NCBI RefSeq assembly: GCF_002113885.1
Contig: NW_018406583.1
Span: 11,103 to 70,818, forward strand
Reading direction: 5' to 3'
DNA length: 59,716 nt
From: Mizuhopecten yessoensis
Lineage: Eukaryota
Positions within the stretch are counted from its first letter, which is position 1; every line of letters begins with the position of its first letter. A program made the translations under genes and the position numbers. The notes under the pieces were generated by a model. The model saw only the letters and a program-made list of their open reading frames with translations. It ran no database searches and was not told the DNA's origin. This document shows positions 12,828 through 26,305 of this stretch, piece after piece.

Positions 12828-15800
12828 TTAAAAGAGAAAATGCTCATCTTGTATATCTGGAGCTTTGAAAGGTATTGGACCAGTAAAGTGCTCTACTCGC
12901 AGTTTGGCATTGTATATGCAGTCATTAACACTGACTCCTTTATAGGAGGAGCCCACCAAACTCAAAGGTAAATTGTTGTCCTTGATGTACTTGAAAATCC
13001 TCTCCACACGTTCATTATGGCCGACCAAATACTGGGGGATGCAGTCCTAGAAAAGGAAAACATCGCTTTTAGACAAACAAATAAAAAAAAGAATTGGATG
13101 CTACAAATGATTTTTTTCATAAAACTTTTCCAGTTTAAAGTTCAATTTGAAATGAATGAGGTAAATAAAATTTGTTTTGATATTTCTATACCACTTATAA
13201 AAAAATAAAAATAAAGGATATCTGATAGTTTTAGCAGAATGAGAATATCCAATTTTTGTAGTCTCAGTATGTTGACTGACTTTTTTATTGAGAATGTCAA
13301 ATTTCGAGGATTTATGTACAAAATTTTCTTGTGAAAAATTAAGAGTTGTCAAATTAAAAATGTTTCCGAACAAACTTACTGCGTGTACCATCATGTCAAT
13401 TTTCACAGGTGCTTCAATGATGCCTAGATGCTTGGATATCACTTCTGTCGCTAGTCTGGCAACTCTGCTTGGATCTAATGATCCACCCAGTCTCTCCTTT
13501 ACCAGTTCATCATACCATGCTCCACCCATCATCACCTGTCAGTGTAGGAACAAGTCTCCGTCAAAATGAATTACCACTTTCTTGTCATTTACCTAACCCT
13601 TTCACCACTGTAAAGCATAATGGGCTCATTCATATCAATGCATGGTAGAGTCTACTAAAGTTACATAGGGATGAAAGGGTTAAGATAATACTGAATTCTG
13701 TGAAAGGTCTTTTCCTTTTTGAAATTATGCGTGAGGAAATTCATATTGCCTTGCACTCAACAAACATACACGTCTTACGTCGTGTATAAATGATTGCGAA
13801 TTACATGTACATAAAAATAAACAACACACTAAATAAAAGCTATCTTATGTATATGCCTGCATTGTACCTAACTATGAGCCGTGTAGCAGAGTAAATTGTC
13901 TCTGCCTTTTTCATTACTATGGTAATACCGAAGAAATAATAATGTCTGATCAATGTTTACATTCGTATTTCAAATGTGTCAACTAGTCCAAATCACTATT
14001 CACAAAAGATCTAGATCATTCCTACATTTTTTAGGTACGTGGAACTCTTCAAAAAGGAGATACATGTCACAGTAAGGTGGCATATACAGCCTTAAGATTA
14101 GTCCAAATATGCCACGAAATTTTAAATCAACTGTACACTGGGAATCTTTTATCCAGTGAAATATTTTTTCCTTCACCGGTGAAAACCTTACTCAGACAGT
14201 GAACAATTTGCCCTCCACATTTAATTACTACATTTGTATGTAGGGTATGTTGTTAACCGATATTGGGTGTCCTGATAAATTCACTGTATTGCAAAAAGGC
14301 ATAAGTTAGACTGCAGCAGAAATGTTCTGATAAACAGTAGCTTTATGATATGTCCTAACAAGGAAATGTATTGCAAAGCAAACCATGGTCCCCTACAAGC
14401 AATGATTCTTTATTCACCGGTATGTAAACCTATGTAAGGGTCAACCTAGCTACAGTAAAAATGTATCCTGGTATATAATAGCCCGAGTTTCCTCTAGCCC
14501 TGACGCCAGACTTAGACCTTTTGACAGATGGATGTCGGATACCAGGAAACGATCTATCAAAATGTTTAAGTCTGGTGTCGGGGCCAGAGGAAACTTGGAC
14601 TAGGTATCTAATAGGGAAATTCTTTCTAATGATTGCAGTCGAAGGTAAAAAAAAAATATCACAGTGAAGTGCTTTTGTACAGCAAAATCTGTCATCTTAG
14701 GATATACTTGCATACCAAATTTATCGAAAACTGCACTCTGCCATAGTAAGATATACCTGCATACTCAGTACTAAACTTAGTTAATCCTGGTGAAATAACA
14801 GATCCACTCTAGACTAAACATTTCAAAAATTAAGGTCAAAGGTCAAAGCATAGGTCATTGTGACCTTCTTCTCATACTCTGCACTCTACCATTCAAAGTT
14901 GTACTTCCATACAAAATCTGGTTACTCCAGGTAAAAAAGTCTAGGAGACATGCCCTGGACAAACTATTTAAATGATAAAGGTCAAGTTCAAAGCATAGGT
15001 CACAGCAACTCACTTCTTGTTCTCTGCACTCTGCCAGACAAAGAAAAACTTGCATACCAAATTTGGTTATTACAGTTAAGAGTGTATGCTCCAGACAAAC
15101 TTTTTTAATGATTAAGTTCAAAAGTCTAAGCATGAGTCATAGTAACCTACTTCCCATACTCTACACTCTGCCAGCCAAAGAGGAACTTGCACACCAAATA
15201 TGGATAACCCATGTGAAATAATATAGAAGATATGCCCTGGACAATTGTTTTCTCAAAATTTAAGGTCGTAGGTCAAAGCATTGATCACAGTGACCTGCTT
15301 CTCATTACCTGCACTCTGCCATCCCAAGATGTGCTTACATGTAAATACCGGGTTACTCCAGGTGAAAAAAGGAATGAAGATATGCCCGAGACAATCTTTT
15401 CGGATGGATGAAGGGATGGACAAAATGCAAACTTATAGTCCCCATCCACCAACCCCTACCCCGGAAACCGTTGGGGGACAATGTGGGTGTGTAGAGCTCG
15501 CAATTGTACAAGCTACCAAAAATCCCCCTAGCACCAGCCCTTAACAAACATCCCTATGGATGGAAACTCACCGTAAATCTAGAAACTGGTTTATCTGGTA
15601 TGTTTGAGTCGTGTTCTGGAAAGGTACACGAGTCGTACACCACTCCCAGTATAGGTCTATCTTCACAGGACGGTAGTAGGTGGCCAAAACCCTGAGGATC
15701 AGAATAGTCAGAAGATATATCCATGCAGTCTCCTTATTTGTTACATTCAGGGTTGAAACTTTCTTCTAAAGCCATTTTCTTGGATTTTGCTGCAATATCA

Positions 15801-18800
15801 TGATGCTTAATTAGGGGTTCACTTATAACAACACAAATGTATATAAATGTTATAGCATATTTTATTTAATAATATTTGTTATTCTTTTATCACCCTATGG
15901 CCACTTGCTGAAGTGTTAATCCACGTACTGCTCTTTACATTACCTGTCAGCCATCAATGTAGATAAGCATTTATTAAGCAATTATGTTACCTTGAAATAC
16001 AAAAGTGATCTATACAATTGAGTCTATTGAAGTTACATAGGGGTGAAATGGTTAAACATAAGGTAAATAGGTGGCAGCCACCAGATAAGATATTTTCAAT
16101 TACCATGGTAATTATCTGATGACCACAATATTATTGTGTGTTATGCGAGTTAAATATATGTTACATGATTTTACTAAATATCTATCGGCAATGTACCTAC
16201 AGGAAATTTAATAAAATACAATAACCAACAATTTCTGGAATCAAGCTTTCAGACTTGACCATTCATCAAAAAGTGAATGGTCTTTATTTAACCTTATGGC
16301 ACATCCATATTTCAAAACTTAAGTTTACACACAAAGAGTGAGTTATCTTCAGTAAGACCCATGTCTCTGATATTGAAAATGTCACAATACCACAACAGCA
16401 GATGGGATCACTTTAATATTATGTCATAATCTATAGCAACATCACACCACTCGGGGAAAATATGAGATGTACTTCGGGTGTGATGTTTGTGGTAGATTCC
16501 CAGAATTTGTTTCCAATACATATCTTACCAGTCCACATGCAGGGCAATATAGATGGCCAGTCATGAAGTGATTTTTCTACCTCTGTTGAACCGAGACTGT
16601 ACCTTGCGACTTTGTGAAAATATCACACACAAAAAGCATAACTTAGGGAAAAAAACTCATTTTTGAAATGATTTAAAAAAAAAAAATCTAGGGGAAGAGG
16701 CTTTAGCTTTGTTAGGCCCCAAATGCACTGAAAAAAAAATCACTGATATATGACCTGAAATGTGGTATATGGTCTTTTATGTTCCAACTGTGTCACCGCT
16801 GTATAGGTGGGGAAAACAGGACTGGCATTGCAAGAGAGAATAAAATACACATTGTGGAAATTTGACTTAAGGGGGATAACCCAATGGCATGTCAACACTA
16901 GCTTTCAGATAATAATTCCTGAATTATGATGTAAAGATTATTACCATTCTGCATCAGAATGGTGACCTATTTACCTTTACTGGAGATTCTATTGGATACT
17001 CAAGATTCACAACAATAACAGACACTGCAGGGATCGCCTCTAGTTCCTCTGCCAATTCACTGTGTTCTTCAGGCAAAATGTCAGCTAAATCTGAAACAAA
17101 CACCATGAAGTCTGAAGATAAAAACAACCTGTTCTTTTATCATCTTTAATATTATTTTTTATTAACTGAATACAAAAGCTTGAAACACACACTGAAAAAA
17201 TAATGTGCAAACTCCTGTTATTCTGTACGGAAAACTTGAATTTGTGCAACGTAGATTTAAGGAAAAGTCATTTGAACACCCAAATAAAGTCGGATCACTA
17301 CTGTTGCATCAACAGACAAGAGTTGAAAACTATACATTATATATAATAAGGTTCATTCTTTTATCATAATAAGATTTCAAGCAAGTTTCATGCAGTTTTG
17401 TCAATCGTATAGTAAAAATCACAAGAATAAATTACTTTGACATTTTGATTTCAATAATGAACCCATTTTATTGATTAAAGAATTTGGAATTGATAATCAG
17501 AATCGAAAGGGCAAACCAATCAATTTCAATTATAATCCATCATATGCCCGTCAGTATATGTTTCTGACCTAGAACTTACCTGCAGCGTATATAGAACTGA
17601 AAACGTGGTCTGCAGTTATCTCCCCTTCCTCACTAGTCACCTGTCAATATATTGTACACACAACTTACTGTATTTAAAACATAAATAAAATGTGTATATA
17701 TCCCTCGAGACAAAATGACCATATAAAATGACATCTTTTGAGTTTTTTCAGATGAAATCATTTGATCTGAGAATATAGGAATAGTTTAGCAAATTCACTG
17801 GTTGAAAGTACTAAATTTTAGGGTCCAAAATGGGGAGTCTCCCTCCTAAATAGGGAGAGTTGGCAAGTATGATATGTATTTGTAAAACTTAACCCATGGG
17901 CATGAACAGGGTGTGGTATTGTATCAGCAAAGTTTCATGAAATTGGGATGAAAACTGCAGAAGGATTCTCCAGACAATATTTCGTCTACAGAAGGGTGGA
18001 CAGACAGCTGACAGACAGAGTCCAGTATACCTGACGTTATCACACAGGTATAAAATACCTTACCAATGCTGCACCATCTTTGAAGGTCAGTTGTGTACAA
18101 GGACTATTCAGATGTAATTCTGCTGGCATGTGTGGTCTGCTCAGGTGTTCGACCAATGTATCGGGCAATTGCTGACAGCCCCCTCTTAGTGACCAAACAG
18201 ACCATTTTTTCATGAATTCTAATAAAGGTGAAGGATTGGGTGGCTCTGAAACTGTAACAAGACGTTCCAATAAATTTTAATTGCACATGCAGTAAAACCT
18301 GGATATAATGGCCCTCGTTTCATTTGGAACCTCTGTTATACATATTTCTATGTTTTTATTAACAATACCCCTTACGTTTCCCACAATTTATCTCCAAACT
18401 CCTTTATAACGCCAAAGTTTCTCTAGACAAATGGTGGCAGTATAACAAGGTTTTACTTTACTATCATTATCCAGTTTAAGCCTTAACCAGTATTACGAAA
18501 GACATTTAGAGTAAGAACTTCATTTAATTTATGTGCTCTGACATCTATTCTACTTTTATCGAAATTAGATACAAAACACAGTGTGACCTAACAATAAGTT
18601 GAACATGATAAGTGAACAGCTTTACCACCTTTGTACTGTGTAATCTATATATTTACCTTGAAAGATACGGCCAAACCCATTCTTCCTTTGTTCCCAATTA
18701 TACAAATCTACCAACGTAGATCTTATGCTGAGCGTCTTTGAATCTCCTGCATAAATTCCTCTAACAAATGCGTCACCCAAATAATCTGCTATCTGCAAAT

Positions 18801-21800
18801 AGAAAAGAAAAACTGTTCAAGAATAGTTGAATGATCGAGAAGACACCATAAGAGCCTAAGAGGTCCAGGACTGTCATTTCTTCCTCGATTTGTTTCTTTT
18901 TTATTTTATTTTAATGTGTTAGAACTTTGCAATCTTAAGAGTAGGTCAATATACGATACATATCACGATACATATAGTAACAGTAGAAGCAAAGAGAAAA
19001 GAAATGTTGCAAGTTTTCATGGCAACATTACAACTAGAAATAGACTTGGCCCATAATGGGCATGGCTTTAAAGTTTCACACAATTCATGTCTTTCGATGT
19101 GCTGAGCTGGAGCTGTCACTCGCCATGTTGGAACCGATATGAGAAGACTAAATTCAGACACAACAAAATATGAAAAATATCGTAGGTGTATTGTAACCTA
19201 CCAAAAACATCTGTATTGTACCGTATTCAAAAAATTGCAATATATCATCGCACGATATATCGGTGCAGCCCTAGGATCACATGTCAACTGCCTCAACCAC
19301 AGCAGAACTATAAATTTCATAACTGTACTGAGCAGGGGATTTCAAAGGTTAAACCACAAATGATAGGTTATAGCTATATCAAACAAGATTATAAAACTTC
19401 TGAGACAAGATAATGGAACCAAGACTATTTCTTGTGTAAATAACATACAAATTGTTCTCCTTTTTCATTAGGACTTCTTAACAAAATTGCTATGACATAT
19501 GGTACAGTATTAGCTTTTTTCATTTTGTTTTAGATAAAAGCTTAACAGAACATAAATTGTATAAATAACATCCCTATTTGTTCCTGTTCCCGATCGCGCG
19601 CGAAGGGACAGAATATATTGTTGATTTGTAAAAATAAGACAGACAAAAACAAACAACCTTATTATCACTTTCATGTTTTTTTTATAATATTGCAGCTCTC
19701 CAAAATGATTTATATCAGGCACCTGATTCAAAATAAAATACTTAACATACCTCTTGTCCAAATCGCCTTGTCAAAAACGAGTGTATACTTTCATCTTCCG
19801 TTCCTTTGGCAGTTATTATATCTTGCCAAAAGCTCCATATCAACCTTTTCGTGAAAGGTGGAACCACGTTAAATACTGGCTTCAGACCTTAAAACAAAGA
19901 CATATAAGAATGAGGTTAGTGTGGCCCAACAATTCGTAAAACAGAAAATGGAAGCAACTGCTTCCTTCCTTTTTGTATTTTTCCTTTCCTTTCCATCAGA
20001 GCTGGGATTTAAATGTGTACACCATTTGGTATCCCCTCCTGAAACCTAGAAGGTGAATGTAAACATACCTCCACACATAATTTGATGTTGTCCTCCACCC
20101 CCCACCCCCCATTGATTTATAACATTTGTAAGGATTATGTCACTGTGATCCGACACTCTATATATATCACAGATAAATGTGTTTCCAATGAGGGAAACCG
20201 TGTACGTGCCTGAAACGGGACTGAACTATTTTGCTCAAATTATCTTTCCCTTTTTATGTATCGAATTAACTCAGAAAAGCATTCATCTGATTCAGACACA
20301 CCTGTTACAATCATTACACACACCCTGCAGTAACTAGGAGATCATTGCAGACCACAGGATGTAGATTATTACCGTAGTTTGTGCAAGTTCGGATTTGAAA
20401 GCGGGAGTTTTTATGGAGAATAAGATTGGTAAATTTTGGTCCTAAAGAGGGAGTGTCCCTCCTAATGAGGGAGGGTTGACAGCTATGCAGATGAGGACTA
20501 GGGATTATTTAAGGATTATTCCACTTTGATCTGAAATCATCTGACACTTTGTCCAAGCTTAGTTGACCCACTTGACCTACACTTTTGTAGCTTGGCCTCA
20601 ATACATGATCAAATTGCTTTTCAATCTTATATTTATCACATAATATACTGTTATCCAGTGAATACACCATGTAATATGACCTATCATCAGCCCTGTATTT
20701 GGGTGTAAGTTTCACACCTAGGGCAAGTACAAGACGTCAAAGACTTACACACTGGAGTCAAAATGACGGCTTTTTACATTTCAAGGTTGCATGAAAATTG
20801 TTGTTTTACATGAATAAATGCCACAAATCTTGATTATGCGATAAAAAGGATCTTACACACGTTATCATTTCATATGAAATTTGTCACAAATTTTTCATTT
20901 TAGAATTCTTATGACTCGTTTTATAAATCTCATATGAAATGGAAACTCATGTAAGATCCTGTATATATGCATGCATATAAAGAGCCCTACCATTTGTTAT
21001 GACTGTCACAACATAAATCAGAAACAAAAGGCTGAATCAAAAAACAAATATTAGATCACAATACACAGGCATATTGTATCGTATCACAATACAGAAATGG
21101 TATCGCAAATCTTGTTTTTTGGTCTGCTTTTAAAAAGCTTATATTTTTGTCACTGTAAAGTAAGTGAGGATAGACCAAGATTTGAACCCCGGACTTCAGA
21201 TTGTCATACACAGTAATATTGAACTAACCAATTGAGCTATGTTGTCTACTATTGCTTTAACTGAGTGAGCTACTTTGTCGTTGAAAGTGTTGTGCCCAAA
21301 CTTTTCTATTTATCTCCAAACGGCAGATATTTTGGTCGATAATAATAATAATTCAAGGTTCCTATATACCGCTTAATCACAATCTAGTTCGTAGGTTGTC
21401 TCAAAGTGGTTCATAAATTATTATCCATGGTTATAGGGCCTTTGCATCCAGCAAATATATTTCTCAACTCCATGGGGAGCACACAGCCGGTGCTGCCATT
21501 TCATCGCTCACAGCTAGCATTCAACAATTCTATCACTACCCAACCACATACTCATTTACAGCTGTGTAGACTGGAACAAGCGGAGTAAAGTATGTTGCTC
21601 TGACAAAGAAACAACACAGTGCCATGCCTGCAACCCTTCGGTCATGAGCCCGGCGTCCTACCATTAAACTTCTGTGCCTCCTATGTATATAGGATAAAAC
21701 ATAGTGCACTGTACAGCGGAACAGGGATTATGAACCCTTTTACCCCAATGTAACGTTTGTAGACTCTATACCATGCATTGATCTGGATGAGTCAATTATG

Positions 21801-24480
21801 GTCTACAGTGGTGAAAGGGTTAAATTGAACACCTTTTTCCTATGATCATATATCAGGATACAGGATAAGTATCACAATACATTCCTTCTATATTGCAATA
21901 AATTATATACATAATGTACACTCCAGATATATAGCGACATCGATATGCCTACCATATACTGACGAACATGTCTACTTCAGAAGGCTGATTTTCTGATATA
22001 AAACAAGAAATTGTTTTTTGTCATAAACATTAAACCATGGCCCCATAATAGTTACTAATGAACATTATTTACTTACTTTTTGGAAGTTCATGGAGGGTCT
22101 GATCCTTGTAGATAAAGCGAGTATCTACTTCACTTCCCTTCAATGCAACGATGATATCCTTGTGCAAACCAAGCCGTAAAGCCTTGAAATAACAGAAGAT
22201 GATATATCTGCAGTTTGATTACAGATTGTCTTGGACCTTGCACTTTTTACTATTGTAAATTAAAAGATGTGTAATTTATTTAGATATCTTCCTGTGTTTA
22301 GTTTAATAAAAACATGTTGTCTTTTTCAACAAAGCAGGTACATATATACTACATAGGTGTCCCGCAAATCAGAATAAACATTTCAAATTGATTTTGGAAA
22401 TATGTCTGTTTTATATAACATGGCTATTTTTTCAGTATCAAGGGGTTGTAAACTTTGCATAAATACCACTACCGGAAATTTAAAAGAAACTGTTTTGTGA
22501 TAGAATGAAAAAACATTTTCAGAATTAGTTTATGCCCTTATGTAGTCCGAATTATTCTGGCGTTTTATCGACTTTTTTTTATATCGGTCAGACCGATATA
22601 AAAAAAGTTGATAAATGTCAGAATAATTCGGACTAGCCCTTAGGTAGCCGTTTTTTTATTACACTGCTGTAAACCGTCATGCTATTTAAGGATTGAAATG
22701 CATCTTTTAAACATCATTTAAGTTCTGTTAAGGCCAACCAAAAATATTTTGTGTTTCCGGTTACCCTACCTTCCCCAATTTCTTGTGCCTACCCTAAACT
22801 TTTAAGGCAATTTTCAAAGAAGCACTGTTAAGGTCTAGATCACTCTCCTATATAAACCATATACATTTATTTGTTAAAATAACATTTGTTACCTACCTAC
22901 CTACCCTACATTTTTCCAACATGTTACAGGAAACACATATATTTATTATGTCTGGCCCAAGACATATTTTCCAAAATGGGCTACCATGCATTATGGAATT
23001 TGTTAGAAATTTAAGGAACTGCATTGTATACAATCATAATAAATTGTTAAAAGATGAATTTCAATCTTTATATTTACATTCTAGATGAACAACAAAGACA
23101 AAATTATTTGAATCTATCTTTTTCTAGGTCTCATTTAGTTCAAAATACATTTGGAACATTATATTTTACCAATTTACCACTGAGCTACCTGGTCAAAGGA
23201 AGTGTTCTGGCCTACCTGTACCTCAGTTACATCTGAAGTAAAATAGGCGAGTTTACTGAATACAAAAAAAAACAGAGTGCTGTGGGACGGATCCTTAATG
23301 TTTTTCTCCTTAATTACCATGGAGTTATTCTATTAAAGGCAGAACGGAGTAGCATCAAATTAATATTAATCCAACATAGCCCATTTTGTATGCTGGCTTA
23401 CACATAGGTTTTGCAAACAAACATATAAATCCTTTTGATTAATTTTTTGCTTGACAAAATTAATTTCATATTTACTTACAAGATCCACTGAATTTACACT
23501 TGAGTTATTTGTTGTAGCACGAAAGCTCCGAGGACCATGCTCAAACACAGTATTGTCTTGAAATTTTGTTGAATGTAGCCAACCACCAAATCTATCAGAA
23601 GCTTCCAACAGGACCACCTAAAAATAAAACACATGAAAATACTTCTCATTGCTTTCCAATTAAAGGGACGTTACGGTGAAGCATATTTTTTTTTTCAAAT
23701 ACTTCATAAACATATCAAGTGAGTCTCCTCATGGAAAATAACGGTCAGTTTGGCTGTTTATATATTCATATAAATGAGTAATTTTAATATAAGTATCATG
23801 TTTTCTACCTGTCTGACCAACAATTTGCTGTGGGATTCCCCCTGTATAACAGCTACTAATGCCTGCACATATATAGCACGCCATTTTATTGTAAACAAAA
23901 TGACTGGCAGTGGGAAGTGTGGCTATGTTTCAAAATAAGTCAAGTGTTAGTTTTTGCTGTTTCAGAACTATTGCAATCAAATTAAAATATTACTGGGCAA
24001 TAGCAATGCGTTTCATCATATTACCACGGACTTAGATAACAAAACTAATATAATTCCGTGATATTACTGAATATTGCAGCCCGAGTTTCCTCTGGCCCTG
24101 ACACCAGACTTAGACATTTTGACAGATAGGTGCATAGGTGGTATAGGTGTCTAGCTGTCAAACTGTCTAAGTCTGGTGTCAGGGCGAGAAGAAACTCGGG
24201 CTATGAATATTGATCTCCTGCTAATACTAATGATATTGAAGCCAGAGGAAACCCGGGCTATATTTGCCGGTACCGGGGCCCGAGTTTCCTCTGGACCTGA
24301 CACCAGATTTAGACATTTGACATATAGAATGTAGATGTCTGGTGTGGGGCCGGTGCCCCAGTACATGTAGAAAAGCAATTTATTTACCTTAGAAAACTTT
24401 GAATGAGTTCCTTCTTGTAATGCGTAGAAGGCAGATGACAAACCACTTATTCCTCCTCCTAAAATCACTGCCTTTGCCAT
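12828..24480 (-). CDS. PPOX: Protoporphyrinogen oxidase (HemY/PPOX family), 11 coding exons, 489 aa
   Basis: Exons (minus): 24480-24388, 23617-23480, 22182-22077, 19887-19751, 18792-18657, 18251-18064, 17640-17580, 17090-16975, 15691-15572, 13535-13380, 13046-12828. All introns are GT-AG with consistent phases; total 1470 nt. Motifs: FAD-binding [94 protein letters not shown]. Confidence 0.97.
13594..13683. mobile_element. ~90-bp piggyBac-like MITE, family B
   Basis: TAACCCTTTCACC...GATGAAAGGGTTAA termini. Inverted copy at about 21732-21823 and a fragment at about 16010-16053. Confidence 0.7.
14356..15482 (-). mobile_element. HINE/Helentron-like element with internal tandem repeats, in a PPOX intron
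   Basis: AACAAG...GGTCCCC at one end and (GGAT)n/GGAC microsatellite plus TAGTCCCC...GGGGGACAA hairpin at the other. Internal ~150-bp repeats contain AAGGTCAAAGCATAGGTCA...CTCTGCACTCTGCC. Confidence 0.65.
14479..14602. mobile_element. Palindromic (fold-back) MITE TAGCCCGAGTTTCCTCT...AGAGGAAACTTGGACTA
   Basis: Long inverted arms; nested in the HINE-like element. Same family at 24078-24203 with partial copies to about 24350. Confidence 0.8.
17700..17871. mobile_element. hAT-like MITE fragment (terminus GAGAGTTGGCAAGTATG)
   Basis: Inverted homologue of the element at 25667-25901. Confidence 0.65.
20195..20488. repeat. Dispersed repeat shared with PSMD1 intron 1
   Basis: TTATCTTTCCCTTTTTATGTATC...GATTCAGACACACCTGTTA...GACCACAGGATGTAGATT is the reverse complement of about 52600-52780. 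Confidence 0.75.
21340..21670 (-). mobile_element. tRNA-derived SINE (family 1)
   Basis: Reverse-complement homologue of 37051-37400, with an (ATT)n tail. Confidence 0.8.
22543..22635. mobile_element. Near-perfect ~93-bp palindrome (TAGTC...GACTA)
   Basis: TAGTCCGAATTATTCTG...TATATCGGTC-A-GACCGATATA...CAGAATAATTCGGACTA. Confidence 0.8.
23660..23990. mobile_element. TTAA-associated (Kolobok-like) non-autonomous element
   Basis: TTAAAGGGACGTTACGGTGAAGCATATTTTT...CATATCAAGTGAGTCTCCT is homologous to the start of 31620-32149. The right boundary is approximate. Confidence 0.45.
24025..24060. mobile_element. 36-bp TIR-only remnant with 7-bp TSD (putative P-superfamily excision footprint)
   Basis: ATATTAC|CACGGACTTAGATAACA-AA-ACTAATATAATTCCGTG|ATATTAC. 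Confidence 0.75.
24078..24350. mobile_element. Palindromic MITE cluster in PPOX intron 1
   Basis: Full hairpin copy at 24078-24203 plus partial arms at 24241-24260 and 24277-24350; same family as 14479-14602. Confidence 0.8.
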
Positions 24481-24839
24481 AGTTTCAGCAGAAAGTTCTA
24501 TAGCACAATCGTACACATTTATATAACTTGCATCGTGGTGGAAAACTTACACACAACCAATTTTACCTCCGTCATTGAAGAGCTCAAACCAAAATTGGGT
24601 GCTGCTTGATTTGGCAACCGCGCACTCAAACGGCACACTAAGTTATATATTCATTGTGGGAACTTTCTAGTAATTTTAAGTAATTTCATTATTATTTAGG
24701 TTGTTTATAATGAATCTACATTCATGCAAGTGCGGAAGAAAATACTCGTACTGACGATGGCCATTGTGCCACAGGTACTTGCCTCGTCTGTCAGTACACC
24801 TATATACTATACATATTATGGATGTATTGGCAGACGAAT

Positions 24840-24920
24840 GCCAGTCGTTTCGGTAACATGTCATTTCGGGAGTCCCGAAGTCGTTTCGGGACTCAATCAA
24901 GTCGTTTCGGGACATATACA
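24840..24920. repeat. Short GTCGTTTCGG sub-repeats, probably a transposon subterminal region
   Basis: Four GTC(G/A)TTTCGG copies within about 75 bp. Confidence 0.5.
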
Positions 24921-25072
24921 ATTTTCACGTATAAATAACATTTCGCTCCCGTTTCATAAAAAGTCATGTAAATAAACAAGTATGGTTTTAGTCTATGACC
25001 TGTATCACGACCTACCTGTGCTTTGGACCACTGTATTGAATAACATTTTGTATATTGTCTTTTTAGTTTATT

Positions 25073-25094
25073 CACGGAATTAGATTAGTCCGTG
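25073..25094. mobile_element. 22-bp TIR-only remnant with 7-bp TSD (putative excision footprint)
   Basis: GTTTATT|CACGGAATTAGATTAGT-CCGTG|GTTTATT. Confidence 0.75.
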
Positions 25095-25666
25095 GTTTAT
25101 TAAATCTAATTTAACTATGAAAAACTTTTGTTAATAGGAGTATGTTGTTATGGACCTGAGCAAGTAATATTAACCGAGACGAAGTCAAAGTTAAGCCAAT
25201 TTTCGCAGGTTCATTTAACCACATATATATATATAAACCTCAACAAATGTCTATAATTGATAAATATTGTATGTGTACTATAACTATATTATGTTATTTG
25301 TATTAAATTGTATACCTTAATACTGTTATGTTTGACTTTCTTAACAGCTTTATCTTTGTCGAAATGCGAGGTTATTGTAAAATAACAGGTGTATACACAT
25401 CAAAAACTTCTCAAGTTGACTGTTTAATATATGTATATATATTTAAAGTGTGTGATCCGCATAAGTGATTAAATGTTATTTTTAGTGACGCGGTTCATGC
25501 CATTTTCCTGTAATGCAGTTGGCACCCACGCATATTGCCTATGAACCGCATCTCAAAGTAGTTGTGACCTTTCGTTAAAGGATAACGTTAGCGCAACATG
25601 TGTTTTTATGCTGAATCGAGTTGACCCTATTTTCAAGGATAACGTCAAATAAACTGAGTGAAGGGA

Positions 25667-25901
25667 ATGCTTGCCAACTCTCCCTATTTAGGAGGGAGAC
25701 TCCCGACTTTGGACCCTAAAATTAAGCATTTTCAACTAGTAAATTTGCTATACTATTCTTATCTTCTGATATCTATTGAGTTCATCTGAAAGAACAACTA
25801 AAAATATGTCATTTTAAAGGGTTATTTTGTCTCTGTGGGGAATATTTTGAGCGTGCAAAGTCTCCCTCCCCCGCGGAAATTTCAAGAAATTGGCAAGTAT
25901 A
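25667..25901. mobile_element. hAT-like MITE (ATGCTTGCCAA...TTGGCAAGTAT)
   Basis: Terminal inverted repeats; homologous to 17700-17871. Confidence 0.65.
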
Positions 25902-26138
25902 CTATGACAAGTCAGAAACTACAAACAGTGACGGGGTTTAACATATCTAGTGATACAACGGTGTAACAGGACTGGACTCTGCCTCTGTCCAAGTCCCATT
26001 GTCAACTCAGGTTCAATTTGGTTTCCCTCAGGTTCTTCTGTTTAATGCAGTACTCTTAACCCAAACACTTAATCCACGAGAATGCACAATTCCTCCACGT
26101 CATTAGCAGAAGACCGCTTAAAAGATTCCCTATTACAT

Positions 26139-26305
26139 AATAATAATAACAATAATAATAATAATAATAATAATTCGAGGTTCTTATATACCGTTTTATC
26201 ACAACCTAGTTCGTAGGTTGTCTCAAAGCAGTTCATAAACGTGCCGTGACTCGAACACGCAACCCGGCCTTCGTTCATGAGCACTAGACTACCGTGCCTC
26301 CTATA
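26139..26305 (-). mobile_element. Internally deleted tRNA-derived SINE (family 1) with (ATT)n tail
   Basis: tRNA-like head (reverse complement GGCACGGTAGTCTAGTG...GTTCGAGTCACGGCAC) joined directly to the 3' end shared with 37051-37400. Confidence 0.8.
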
